A program made the position numbers and the translations under genes. From NCBI GenBank assembly GCA_041690135.1, contig JAWLHY010000007.1, positions 1 through 64,000 of the forward strand: a stretch of 64,000 nucleotides of DNA, written 5' to 3'. Positions 54,513 to 64,000 of this stretch are shown piece by piece. Every line of letters begins with the position of its first letter. The stretch's first letter is position 1. This stretch comes from Armatimonadota bacterium. Its GTDB lineage: Bacteria > Armatimonadota > SYMT01. The notes beneath the pieces were generated by a model. That model had not been told where the DNA came from. It was given only the letters and a program-made list of their open reading frames with translations, and ran no database searches.

Positions 54513-56336
54513 ATGGACGTAAGCTATAACCGCGGTCGCTACCGCGCCGAAGATAGAAAAGGTCGGGCCCGTCCGGCCGCCATACGCCCGAACAGGCCGC
54601 ACTCCCCCGGGAGTCACAGCGGCCCACGAGGACTGCCTGTGGAGACAAGAACAACGGGGCGCGCCTCCTCGACCGCCACCGCAGCCGGCCCGACACCCTC
54701 GTCGTGGCGGCTGGCTCTGAAGATCACCGCCGCGATTCTGTTCATCGTCCTGTCAATTGGGGCGGGAGTCGCGCTGGCGCTCGTCGGCAAGTTCAATGGG
54801 GCGAGCAATCCCATTGAGTTCATCAAGAACGCCACGGGTACGGTCACGGCCATCGTTGAACCGCGCTCCTTCTTTCCCGGGCAGGACCGCATCACCATCC
54901 TTTGTCTCGGCCTGGACCGCAACATCGTCCGCAGCAAGGACCCGAAGATCAATGGGATGCCGACCTGGAAGGATGCCCGCAGCGACGTGATGATGATCGC
55001 CAGCCTGGATCTGGCGAACAAAACCGTCAGCATCCTCTCCGTGCCACGGGACACGCGGGTGCGGCTGCCCGGACGGCGCAGCTATTCGAAGATCAATGAG
55101 GCGCACTCTCGCGGTGGGATTCCCTACACCCGTGAGACGGTGGAAGAGTTCCTCGGTATCGATCTTGATCACCATGTCGTGATCAAGCAGGAAGCGATCC
55201 AGGCCGTCGTGGACGCCCTGGGCGGCCTCCAGATCGATGTTGAAAAAGACATGGATTACGACGACAACTGGGGCCAGCTCCACATCCACTTGAAGGAAGG
55301 ACCCCAGCGCCTGAACGGCGAGCAGGTCGTCGGCTACATGCGGTTCCGCCACGATGCCGAAGGCGATTTCGGGCGCATCCGGCGTCAGCAGCAGGTGATC
55401 CAGGCTCTGGCGGACCAGGTGAAGGACCCGGCCGTCGTGATGAAGGCCTCCGGGTTGATCGAGGCCATCAAGAAGTACATCAAGACGGACCTGAATCCCC
55501 AGCAGCAGGTCGCCCTGGCGCACCTCTTCCACAAGGTCCAGCCAGCCAACGTGCAGACCGCGCAGCTTCCGGTTGCCGATACGGAGACGATCGACGGCAT
55601 CTCCTACGTGATCCCGGATGACGACAAGAAGGAGACCGTAGTCGATTGGATCGTCCGAGGCAACCAGGAAGCCTGGAACCGCCTGATCCGGGTCGAATTG
55701 CGCAACGCCAGCGGCGATCCCGAGGTCTACCAGCGGGTTTACCGGTACCTGCGCCACTGCGGCTTTGAGGCGTGGCGTGGAGGTCGGGCTTCCGAGCAGG
55801 CCGATGCGACGCGCGCCATTCAGCGGACCAGCGTGAAGGGATCGGCCCGGCGCGTGCTGGAGACGCTGGGCATCAGCGGAGCCGTGGAGCGGGAGAAGGG
55901 CTACGGCGCGGATGTCGTTCTGTACGTAGGTAAGGATCTCGCCGATAGCTCAATCATCTCCGTGGCGGAGAACCTTCCGGACGTGCCGGACTATCGTCCC
56001 GCGCGCCGCCGGAAGCGCTCCGAGCGCCGTGCCCGTCGCGACTACGAACCGGTGCCCGTGAGTATCCGGTCGGCGGAAGGCGAGAGTTCGGAAACCGAGG
56101 GTGAGGGCGAGAGCCCGGCCTCGGAATCCGGTTCCGAGGAAGCGACCGGCGGCGGAGAATCGACGGAGCCCGCTCTCGAAGTGCCCGGCACGGCCGATCC
56201 CGCGCCTGCGTCCGGATCCGGATCGGAAGGCTCGGCGCCTTCCCCGGCGCCCTCCAGCGGCGGCGCGGAGCCGGAAGGGGAGTCGGAATCGGGCGGAGCG
56301 GGTGAGAGCGCACCGGAACCAGCGGAAATCAGGTAA
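54513..56336 (+). CDS. LCP (LytR-CpsA-Psr) family protein with LytR_C-like domain and acidic tail
   Basis: TM helix; LGLD...RSDVMM, SVPRDT, KINEA, MRFRHD, DFGRIRRQQ; 'VELRNASG' LytR_C; TATAAT at 54451-54456. Confidence 0.93.
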   Translation: MDVSYNRGRYRAEDRKGRARPAAIRPNRPHSPGSHSGPRGLPVETRTTGRASSTATAAGPTPSSWRLALKITAAILFIVLSIGAGVALALVGKFNGASNPIEFIKNATGTVTAIVEPRSFFPGQDRITILCLGLDRNIVRSKDPKINGMPTWKDARSDVMMIASLDLANKTVSILSVPRDTRVRLPGRRSYSKINEAHSRGGIPYTRETVEEFLGIDLDHHVVIKQEAIQAVVDALGGLQIDVEKDMDYDDNWGQLHIHLKEGPQRLNGEQVVGYMRFRHDAEGDFGRIRRQQQVIQALADQVKDPAVVMKASGLIEAIKKYIKTDLNPQQQVALAHLFHKVQPANVQTAQLPVADTETIDGISYVIPDDDKKETVVDWIVRGNQEAWNRLIRVELRNASGDPEVYQRVYRYLRHCGFEAWRGGRASEQADATRAIQRTSVKGSARRVLETLGISGAVEREKGYGADVVLYVGKDLADSSIISVAENLPDVPDYRPARRRKRSERRARRDYEPVPVSIRSAEGESSETEGEGESPASESGSEEATGGGESTEPALEVPGTADPAPASGSGSEGSAPSPAPSSGGAEPEGESESGGAGESAPEPAEIR

Positions 56337-56373
56337 AGCACCGGCAGGCTGCCGGTAGGGATAACGAACAACT

Positions 56374-56409
56374 ACAAAAGGGGGGAGGCTTCTGCCTCCC
56401 CCCTTTTGT
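56374..56409. terminator. bidirectional terminator
   Basis: acaaaaggggggagg-cttctg-cctccccccttttgt. Confidence 0.85.
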
Positions 56410-56441
56410 ATTTTCTGTTCTCGCCGTTGACCTCTCGCTGC

Positions 56442-58076
56442 TTACCAGCTCTTGGGGGCCGCCGCCATCCGCTCTTCCAGTGGATACTTCACCAGGTACT
56501 CCTCATAGGTTCCGGGGAAGTCGGTCACTTCGGCCGGCGCCTCGGGATGCGGCCGCTGGAACGAGAGCACGCGGGTGGCCACGTCGGAAATGAGATCCCG
56601 GTCGTGGGACACGAGGAGCACCGTCCCCTCGAAGAGGGAGAGGGCTTCTCCCAGGGCGTTCACCGCCTCCAGGTCGAGATGGTTGGTCGGCTCGTCAAAG
56701 ATCAGCACCGGATGCTTTTCCAGCATCAGGCGGCACATCAACAGGCGCGCCGTTTCGCCTCCGGAGAGGGCGCGCACCGGCTTCAGGCCCTCCTCGCCCT
56801 TGAACAGCATCCGGCCCATCACGCTGCGGACCGCCTGCACGCCTTCGCCGGAGGTGTCGAACTGCATTAGCCAGTCGGCCGCGGTCGTCTCTCCATCGGC
56901 GTCAATGCGGTAGTCCTGCGCGTAGTAGCCCCAGGTCATGCCGCCGCCCCACTTCACGCTGCCGTTGTCCAGGGGAAGCTCGCCGATCAGGCAGCGCAGC
57001 AGCGTGGTTTTACCCACGCCGTTGTTGCCGATGATGGCGATCTTCTCGCCGCGCATCACTTCCAGCTTGAGGTTCTGCAGCACGGGTTGTCCGTCGAAGC
57101 TCTTGGCCAGGTCATACGCCATCACCACTTCTCGGCCCGCCGGCTTCCGCTGATCGAAGCGGATGTAGGGGCGCTGGATGTTCGAGCGCTTCAGCTCTTC
57201 CGGCTGGAGACGGGCGATCTCCTTCTTTCGGGACTGCACCTGGCTGGAGCGCTGGCCCGCGGCGAACCGGCTGACGAACTCCTGAAGCTGGGCGATCTTG
57301 CGTGCCTTTTCCCGGTTGGCCGACTCGATCTGCTGGCGCGCCTGGACCTTTTGCCCCACCATATCGTCGTAGTTGCCCGGATAGACGATGATGGTTTCGT
57401 AGTCGATGTCCGCGATGTGCGTGCAGACTTCGTTCAGGAAGTGCCGGTCGTGCGAGATCACGATCAGCGTGCCCTTGTACTGAGTAAGGAACTCTTCCAG
57501 CCAGTGGATCGATTCGAGATCCATGTGGTTGGTCGGTTCGTCCAGGAGCAGCGCTTCCGGCTCGCCGAACACCGCCTGCGCCAGCAGTACCCGGAACTTC
57601 ATGTCCGTCGGCAGGCTGCGCATCAGGTCGGTGTGCCGTTCTTCCGGCAGGCCGATACCCCGGAGAATATCCGCCGCGTCGAGCTCGGCCATGTAGCCGT
57701 TCTCGTCCGCAATGGTCCCTTCCAGGTCGCCCAGTCGCTCGATCTCCGCTTCTGTGAGATCGGCCTTTTCGCAGAGCGCATCCCGCTCCTGAAGGGCCTT
57801 CCACAGCACGGCGTTGCCCATCATCACCGTATCGATGATCCGCTCGTTGTCGAACGCGAACTGGTCCTGCTTGAGCACGCCGACCTTGCGCGGGCGGTGG
57901 ACGACCCCCCGGTTCGACGGCTCGATCTCCCCGGTCAGAATCTTCATGAAAGTGGACTTCCCGGCGCCATTCGGCCCGGTGAGCCCATACCGGTTGCCCG
58001 GGGTGAACTTTACGGAGACGTCTTCGAATAGAATGCGCGTCCCGTAAGCTTTGGTAACGCCATCGACGAAAATCAT
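56442..58076 (-). CDS. ABC-F family ATPase (YbiT-like ribosome-associated)
   Basis: Two ABC domains (GPNGAGKST, GNNGVGKTT, LLLDEPTNH, LSGGE) and no TM segments. Confidence 0.93.
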   Translation of the reverse strand: MIFVDGVTKAYGTRILFEDVSVKFTPGNRYGLTGPNGAGKSTFMKILTGEIEPSNRGVVHRPRKVGVLKQDQFAFDNERIIDTVMMGNAVLWKALQERDALCEKADLTEAEIERLGDLEGTIADENGYMAELDAADILRGIGLPEERHTDLMRSLPTDMKFRVLLAQAVFGEPEALLLDEPTNHMDLESIHWLEEFLTQYKGTLIVISHDRHFLNEVCTHIADIDYETIIVYPGNYDDMVGQKVQARQQIESANREKARKIAQLQEFVSRFAAGQRSSQVQSRKKEIARLQPEELKRSNIQRPYIRFDQRKPAGREVVMAYDLAKSFDGQPVLQNLKLEVMRGEKIAIIGNNGVGKTTLLRCLIGELPLDNGSVKWGGGMTWGYYAQDYRIDADGETTAADWLMQFDTSGEGVQAVRSVMGRMLFKGEEGLKPVRALSGGETARLLMCRLMLEKHPVLIFDEPTNHLDLEAVNALGEALSLFEGTVLLVSHDRDLISDVATRVLSFQRPHPEAPAEVTDFPGTYEEYLVKYPLEERMAAAPKSW

Positions 58077-58245
58077 ATTGCGAAAGAAACCTCACAAAAA
58101 TAGACGCGCGCACGGGCGCACGTCATGATGCCTCCTATGATACAGGTTTTCGCGGGGATTTTGAACCCTCCCACCCTCGCCATGCAAGAGGAACCTCCGG
58201 TCTCCAGCGCCAAATGGGGAGGTAAGACTTCCCTTTCGCACCCAA

Positions 58246-59544
58246 ATGGATTCGAGCCAGACAATGCACCGTCGCTCCCTGCTGCTTTCTCTCCTCGCCC
58301 TGGCCGCCGCGCGGCCGAGCGCCTCTGCGGATCGCTTCTATCTCAAACCGGGAGACCGGGTGCTGTTCCTGGGGGACAGTATCACCTTCGCTGGAATGTA
58401 CGTCCAATACGTGCAGGCGTACCTCGCTACCCGCTTCCCAGGCACGCAGTACGAGTTGGTGAACCTCGGGCTTCCGAGTGAAACCGTGACGGGGCTGTCG
58501 GAACCGGACCACCCGTTCCCGCGTCCGGATCTCCACGAGCGGCTGGACCGGGCCCTGGCGAAGGTGAAGCCCACCGTGGTGGTGATGTGCTACGGGATGA
58601 ACGACGGAATCTACTACCCGTTTTCGGAGGAGCGGTTCGGTAAGTACCAGGATGCTTACCGGAAAGCGATCGCGAAAGTACGAGCAGCCGGAGCGAGGGT
58701 AATGGTGCAGACGCCGCCACCGTTTGATCCCCTCCCGCTCAAGGAGAAAGTGCTGCCGGAAGGAGCGCCGAAGTATAGCTGGATGACTCCCTATCGCGAC
58801 TATGATGGCGTGCTTGCCCGTTATGGCAAATGGCTGCTGACCCAGAAGAGCCGCGATCTGCCGGTGGTAGATGCCCATGGTGCCGTGGAGGGGGCGTTGG
58901 CTAACTTCCGCAAAGCCGAGCCGGGGCTGATCCTGGCGGGCGACGGCATCCACATGGACGGAACGGGCCACGCCATTATGGCGCTGGCCCTGCTGGAGGC
59001 CTGGGGCGCGCCCCGCGAGGTGGACTCGGCAACGATCGATGCGGGACAGCAGCAGGTCCGCGACGGACGGGTGTCCGGGCTCGCCGTCACCAACGGGGAA
59101 GTGGGGTTCACCTGGACCTCCCGCCTGCCGATGCCGTTCGATCCGAAGTGGGACGCCCGCGTGGACCTGATGACGGACCTTTCGGGCCGGCTCAACCGCC
59201 ACCGGCTGCGCGTGCTGAACCTGTCCGCCCCGCGCTACTCCCTTTATGAGGGGGACACCTGGATCGGGGAATTCTCTCGCGGACAGCTCAAGGAGGGCAT
59301 TGAGCTTACGCGCTTCCCCAAACTAATCACGAACACGCGGGCCGCGGAACTGCTGAAGCTGGTGCAACAGCGAGAGCGCCTGCTCAGCATCGCCTGGCTG
59401 ACCGATGTCGGGCACAAGCGACCCCAAACACCGGTGGGGCTGCCGCTCGCGGAAGCGCAGGCTAAGGCCGCTCCGCTCACCGTGCGAATCCAGGATCTGG
59501 CGCAACCGGTGGCCCTGCGATTGCGCCTGATACCGGCCAGCTAA
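58246..59544 (+). CDS. secreted SGNH/GDSL hydrolase
   Basis: FLGDSIT, NLGLPSET, YGMNDG, DGIH; signal peptide (start may be 58264). Confidence 0.92.
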   Translation: MDSSQTMHRRSLLLSLLALAAARPSASADRFYLKPGDRVLFLGDSITFAGMYVQYVQAYLATRFPGTQYELVNLGLPSETVTGLSEPDHPFPRPDLHERLDRALAKVKPTVVVMCYGMNDGIYYPFSEERFGKYQDAYRKAIAKVRAAGARVMVQTPPPFDPLPLKEKVLPEGAPKYSWMTPYRDYDGVLARYGKWLLTQKSRDLPVVDAHGAVEGALANFRKAEPGLILAGDGIHMDGTGHAIMALALLEAWGAPREVDSATIDAGQQQVRDGRVSGLAVTNGEVGFTWTSRLPMPFDPKWDARVDLMTDLSGRLNRHRLRVLNLSAPRYSLYEGDTWIGEFSRGQLKEGIELTRFPKLITNTRAAELLKLVQQRERLLSIAWLTDVGHKRPQTPVGLPLAEAQAKAAPLTVRIQDLAQPVALRLRLIPAS

Positions 59545-59669
59545 CCGGATTCGTCCGGAACTGGCGCGACGGTGCGGCCGGATGTTAGGGCCACGAGGAC
59601 GATGCGCCACTGAATACCGGCCGCTGTTTCCCTTCTCTCCCTCGCTGAATTGGGTAGGGGAGGCAGCTT

Positions 59670-60329
59670 CTACTGGACGGCGCCGGCCTTCTTGAGCAGT
59701 TCGGCCACTTGGGTATGTCCGGCTCGCCTCGCCAGGCTCAAAGCCGTTTCTCCCCTTGTGTTCCGAAGGTGGACGTTGGCACCGCGATCGAGTAGGAGCT
59801 GTACAGCCTCCTGGTGACCACATTCCGCGGCAAGCATCAGCGGTGTCTGGCTCGCCTTGCTCGCCCGATTGGGATCTACGCCGTTATCCAGGAACTGCGA
59901 TAGCCGTTTGGTGTCGTTCGCCCTTGCCGCGGACAAGAGGGCAGCGGTGACGGCGGCCGGCCGGGCAAATGCGCCCTGCGTGGGCATCAGCACCATGCCG
60001 GCCAGGGAAGCCCCAACCACGGTAAGGGCGACCCGCTCGACAGCCGCTCGCCGCTTCTGTCTGGAGATTTCCTCACCAATGGGGCAGTCGCGGGTCAGGA
60101 TCGTGCCGTCCGGTCTCCGGTAGAACCGCACGCAGAGCGAGCCGTCGTGCCGCGCGATCGTATCGGCAGCCTCCTCCACGTCCATCGCCGAGAGGTTGTA
60201 GACATGGAGGTTGCACTGAGAGCAGAATCGCACCTTCTCGTCGCCCTGCATCTCGTTCCAATCCGCTTGGCAGGGCGAGGCGACCTCTACCTCATTCAGC
60301 TTCGCACGAGGTTTCCTGCGGAGAGACAT
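59670..60329 (-). CDS. Cys-rich N-terminal domain + TM + ankyrin repeats
   Basis: SPC..W..M.G....RFC..C...VY...CVR......DC; TM; TPLMLAA and TALSLA ankyrin repeats; AGGAGG RBS. Confidence 0.87.
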   Translation of the reverse strand: MSLRRKPRAKLNEVEVASPCQADWNEMQGDEKVRFCSQCNLHVYNLSAMDVEEAADTIARHDGSLCVRFYRRPDGTILTRDCPIGEEISRQKRRAAVERVALTVVGASLAGMVLMPTQGAFARPAAVTAALLSAARANDTKRLSQFLDNGVDPNRASKASQTPLMLAAECGHQEAVQLLLDRGANVHLRNTRGETALSLARRAGHTQVAELLKKAGAVQ

Positions 60330-60345
60330 CGGGTCCTCCTGGGTC

Positions 60346-61824
60346 TTATGCGAGGATGCCTTTGACCAATTCCCCTTCGATATCCGTTAGCCGGAAGTCG
60401 CGCCCCTGGTACCGGTAGGTCAGCCGGGTGTGCTCGACCCCCAGCAGGTGCAGGATCGTCGCGTTCAGGTCGTGGATGTGGACCTTGTCGCGGACGATGT
60501 TGTAGCCGAAGTCGTCCGTCTCGCCGTGCGTGATCCCGCCCTTGATCCCGCCACCCGCCAGCCAGATGCTGAAGCAGCGGCCGTGATGGTCGCGGCCGTA
60601 GTTTTCCTTGGTGAGGTTCCCCTGGCAGTAGACGGTCCGCCCGAACTCGCCGCCCCAGATGATCAGCGTTTCATCCAGCAGGCCCCGCTGCTTGAGGTCC
60701 TTGATGAGCGCGGCCGAAGGTTGGTCCGTATCCTTGCACTGGCTGCGGATCATGTTCGGGAGGTTGCCGTGCTGGTCCCAGCCACGGTGGTAGAGCTGCA
60801 CGAACCGCACACCCCGCTCCACCAGGCGCCGGGCCAGAAGGGCGTTGCGGGCGTAGGTGCCGGTCTTACTCACCTCGGGACCGTACATCTCCAGGACGTG
60901 CTTGGGCTCCTTGGAAATGTCCATCAGCTCCGGGACGGAGGTCTGCATCCGGTAGGCCAGCTCGTACTGCTGGATGCGGGTGTTGATCTCCGGGTCACCG
61001 AACGAGTCTTCGGTCACCTTGTTGATCTTGGAGACGGCGTCCAGGATCCGCCGCCGGCCTTCGGTATCGAGGCCGGGTGGGTTGGAGAGGTAGAGAACGG
61101 GGTCCCCCGTGGTGCGCAGCTTCACCCCCTGGTGCACCGAAGGTAGGAACCCACTGCCCCAGAGGCGGCCGAAAAGCGGCTGGTCGTTGGCGCCGTTGCT
61201 GGCCAGGGAAATCAGCACGATGAAGGCCGGCAGGTTCTGGTTTTCGCTGCCGAGGCCGTAGGAAAGCCACGCCCCCAGGCTGGGCCGTCCCGGTTGCTGG
61301 GAACCGGTCTGGATGTAGGTGATCGCCGGATCGTGGTTGATCGCCTCGGTGTGCATCGACTTGATGATGCAGATGTCGTCCGCCACGGAAGCGGTGTGCG
61401 GCAGTAGCTCGCTCAGCCACTGACCGTTCTTGCCGTGCTGGGCGAACTTGAACATTGTCGGCGCCACCGGCAGGGTCTTCTGGCCGGAGGTCATCCCGGT
61501 GATGCGCTGCCCCATCCGGATGGAGTCCGGCAGGTCGATGCCGAAGTGCTTGTGGAGATCCGGCTTCCAGTCGAACAGGTCGAGATGCGAGGGCGCGCCG
61601 GATTGGTGCAGGTAGATGACGTGCTTGATCTTCGGCGGCAGGTGCAGGCGGCCCATCGCGCCGGGTACGGCCAGCGGGTCCGGTTTGGCCGCGGGCGCCT
61701 GCTTCGCCAGGGCCCCTTCCTGCTGCAGCAGGGATGCCAGCGCCGCCACCCCGATTCCCGAAGCTGTCCGCCCGAAAAGCTGGCGGCGAGTTAAGAGAAG
61801 CTCAAGTTCACGTCGCGGGTCCAT
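60346..61824 (-). CDS. DUF1501 domain Tat-exported protein
   Basis: TRRQLF Tat motif; [38 protein letters not shown]. Confidence 0.93.
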   Translation of the reverse strand: MDPRRELELLLTRRQLFGRTASGIGVAALASLLQQEGALAKQAPAAKPDPLAVPGAMGRLHLPPKIKHVIYLHQSGAPSHLDLFDWKPDLHKHFGIDLPDSIRMGQRITGMTSGQKTLPVAPTMFKFAQHGKNGQWLSELLPHTASVADDICIIKSMHTEAINHDPAITYIQTGSQQPGRPSLGAWLSYGLGSENQNLPAFIVLISLASNGANDQPLFGRLWGSGFLPSVHQGVKLRTTGDPVLYLSNPPGLDTEGRRRILDAVSKINKVTEDSFGDPEINTRIQQYELAYRMQTSVPELMDISKEPKHVLEMYGPEVSKTGTYARNALLARRLVERGVRFVQLYHRGWDQHGNLPNMIRSQCKDTDQPSAALIKDLKQRGLLDETLIIWGGEFGRTVYCQGNLTKENYGRDHHGRCFSIWLAGGGIKGGITHGETDDFGYNIVRDKVHIHDLNATILHLLGVEHTRLTYRYQGRDFRLTDIEGELVKGILA

Positions 61825-61875
61825 TCTTGTTTTCCCTCTTTGCTTCGGATAGTCGAGGTGTCCAGAATTCGCAAT

Positions 61876-62142
61876 TCAGTGATCTTGCCTGGATTCTGCC
61901 TCTGCTCTAAGCGTTCGAGCGAAGGCAGCACTGTCGCCGATATCCAACCTTCCTGCCCAACTACCCAGGACGCCTTCAGTGTCCCACTGCGCCAGGATTT
62001 CCTGGCCGATGGTTGAAAGTCCGTCCGTCACGCCGGTTTCCAGTAACTTCACGGCATAGGTGGCCAGATCCAATCCCTGATTCTGGGCGGCTTCGTTCAA
62101 CCGGGTTTCGAGTTCCGGCGGTAAGTCAAGTACCAGTGTCAT
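61876..62142 (-). CDS. small RHH-type antitoxin-like protein
   Basis: MTLVLDLPPELETRLNEAAQNQG ribbon-helix-helix-like start; 'GSWAGRLDIGDS...RTLR' tail typical of orphan antitoxin-like proteins. Confidence 0.7.
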   Translation of the reverse strand: MTLVLDLPPELETRLNEAAQNQGLDLATYAVKLLETGVTDGLSTIGQEILAQWDTEGVLGSWAGRLDIGDSAAFARTLRAEAESRQDH

Positions 62143-62159
62143 AGGTGGATTCTACCCAC

Positions 62160-64000
62160 TCAATTCTTTGTGATCATCTCGTCGAGGTTGAAGATGGCGT
62201 TGGCGACCGAGGTCCAGGCGGCCAGTTCGGCCACGTCCAGTTTCTCGTTCCGCGGCGCTTCCCCCACGCTAGCCAGCTTCTTCGCAGCCTCGAGGTCCTT
62301 GCGATACTCCGCAAGCTGGCCCTCGTACACCTCCAGAAGGGTGCGGATCTCGATGCCGGTCGCGGGACGGGCGAGGGCGAGGCGGAAGGCGTAGTGGATC
62401 CGGTCCCTCGGAGTCGCCGCCACTTCGGTCATGATCCGCTCCGCGAACTTCCGCGAGGCCTCCACGAACTGGGTGTCGTTCATCAGCACGAGCGCCTGGA
62501 GAGGAGTGTTCGTGGCGGAGCGCTGGACCACGCAGAATTCTCGCTCCGGCGCGTCGAACGTCTGCAGGCTGGGCGGAGGGCAGGTGCGCTTCCAGAAGGT
62601 GTACATGCTCCGCCGCCACAGCGCTTCGCCGTGGTCCTGTTCGTACTTCTGGGCGGTGAAGTTGCCGCCGAAGGCGATCTCCTCCCACAACCCCGGAGGA
62701 TGGTAAGGCTTGACCGAGGGACCGCCGATCTTGGGCACCAATAGACCGGCCACGGCGAGGGCCTGATCGCGGACGAACTCCGCCGGCAGCCGGAACCGGG
62801 GACCTCGGGCGAGTAAGGCGTTATCGGGGTCCTTCGCCAGCAGTTCGGGGGTGACGCGCGAGGCCTGTTTGTAGGTGTTCGACGTCACGATCAGCCGCTG
62901 CAGCGCCTTCACGTCCCATCCGGTGCGGATGAACTCCGTGGCGAGCCAGTCGAGCAGCTCGGGATGGGTGGGCCGCTCGCCCTGGACCCCGAAGTTCTCG
63001 GGCGTGCGCACGATCCCGTGCCCGAAATACATCTGCCAGAACCGGTTGACCGCCACCCGTGACGTAAGTGGGTGCTTCGGGTGTACCAGCCACTGTGCCA
63101 GCCCCAGCCGGTTGGGTGGGTACTCGGAAAGCTGGGGGAGGGCTCCGGGGATACCAGGGCTCACCTTTTCGCCCTTCTTGTCGTACTCCCCGCGGACCAG
63201 GATGAAGGTATCGCGAGGCTTCTCCATCTCCTGCATGACCATGGTGGTTGGGATGGAGTTATCCAGCTCGGTCCGCTTGGCGCGCGCGGCGGCCAGGTCG
63301 GCGCTGATCTGCCGGTAGCGAGCGTCGTACGTTTCCAGGTAGAAGCGGCGCAGCGCCTCCTTCTGCTCGTTCGTGCGCTTATCCGTGGCGGTGGTCAGGA
63401 TCTGGCGGAGACCCTCGAAGCCCGCGAGCCGGTCGACTTCCGCCGGGGTCAACTCCCGCCGGTAGATGCGGACCTCGTCGATCTTCCCTTTGAACGGCGC
63501 ACCCGGTCCCCGGCGGCCGATGTGCACGGGCGTGGCGGCGACGATGGAGCCGGAGAGCTTGTCGTGGGTGAAGTCGAGCTCGGCCGGCTTGCCATTGACG
63601 TAGATCTTTACCCCTTTGGCCTTGCTGGAGCCATCGTAGGTGGCGAACACGTGCGTCCACTGGTCGAGCGGGATTGGCTTCTTTGTGTTGACGCGGATCG
63701 CATTGCCTTCCCACTCGTGGATCAGGTGTACGAACACCTTCCCGTCGCCGAGATAGAGGTCCCATCCCCGGTGTTTCGAGGCGTCATCCATCCGTGAGAG
63801 CACCGTCATGTGCTCTTTGCCCGCGGGGTGGACCCACGCGCCGTAGGAGAACTTATCCGTGCGTTCGAGCGTGATCCCCGTGCCGAGATCCCCGAAGAGC
63901 TGCCCGTTCAATTCGAGCGCGCCTCCGAACTTTCCGGCGGTCCAGCCTCCCGCTCCACCCCGAAGGGTTCCCGGCGATTGCCCCGCCGCAAAGTTCCGGA
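62160..64000 (-). CDS. DUF1553 (PSD1) + LamG domain protein, 5' end outside window
   Basis: LamG (WTHVFATYDG, IDEVRIY); RVAVNRFWQ, PTHPELLDWLA, RLPAEFVRD, TNTPLQALVLMN; frame open to the window edge. Confidence 0.93.
   Translation of the reverse strand, partial: RNFAAGQSPGTLRGGAGGWTAGKFGGALELNGQLFGDLGTGITLERTDKFSYGAWVHPAGKEHMTVLSRMDDASKHRGWDLYLGDGKVFVHLIHEWEGNAIRVNTKKPIPLDQWTHVFATYDGSSKAKGVKIYVNGKPAELDFTHDKLSGSIVAATPVHIGRRGPGAPFKGKIDEVRIYRRELTPAEVDRLAGFEGLRQILTTATDKRTNEQKEALRRFYLETYDARYRQISADLAAARAKRTELDNSIPTTMVMQEMEKPRDTFILVRGEYDKKGEKVSPGIPGALPQLSEYPPNRLGLAQWLVHPKHPLTSRVAVNRFWQMYFGHGIVRTPENFGVQGERPTHPELLDWLATEFIRTGWDVKALQRLIVTSNTYKQASRVTPELLAKDPDNALLARGPRFRLPAEFVRDQALAVAGLLVPKIGGPSVKPYHPPGLWEEIAFGGNFTAQKYEQDHGEALWRRSMYTFWKRTCPPPSLQTFDAPEREFCVVQRSATNTPLQALVLMNDTQFVEASRKFAERIMTEVAATPRDRIHYAFRLALARPATGIEIRTLLEVYEGQLAEYRKDLEAAKKLASVGEAPRNEKLDVAELAAWTSVANAIFNLDEMITKN

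Noticed and set aside
55990-56336. Low-complexity Glu/Ser/Gly tail of LCP as a DNA repeat element
   Set aside because: An in-frame disordered protein tail without a discrete nucleotide repeat unit.

Overview
High-GC bacterial chromosome segment. Gene content and protein styles suggest Armatimonadota or a related lineage; this is an inference. About 43 credible CDS, including housekeeping genes (rarA, polA-rpsA-coaE, lepB-rnc, rplJ-rplL, perR-ahpC, amtB-glnK, kdgK, an LCP protein and an ABC-F ATPase), a kinase/TPR cluster, a SWIM plus helical-repeat gene pair, a sugar ABC transporter and a DUF1553/DUF1501 pair. There is also a 15-kb operon of five exported proteins. Non-coding features seen directly: three tandem consensus sigma70 promoters firing out of the left edge (possibly an rrn leader), a 6S RNA, an L10 leader, a Per box, six 11-bp-phased GlnR-like boxes upstream of amtB, and several terminators. 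Most notable findings: (1) a ~530-nt highly base-paired intergenic RNA (53889-54422) resembling OLE RNA but outside the usual ispA-ole-oapA context; (2) the 18.1-33.4 kb operon, where three secreted proteins share a duplicated C-terminal 'G[WF]N[LM][IV]G' domain and two CsgG/FlgT-like proteins share an LAQN-x-PAP motif and a hydrophobic anchor, a candidate lineage-specific surface-assembly or secretion system; (3) a 57-aa CxxC...CC microprotein with its own promoter, RBS and terminator that the ORF track misses. All family assignments come from motif recognition, not database searches. No CRISPR array, tRNA or transposase was recognised.
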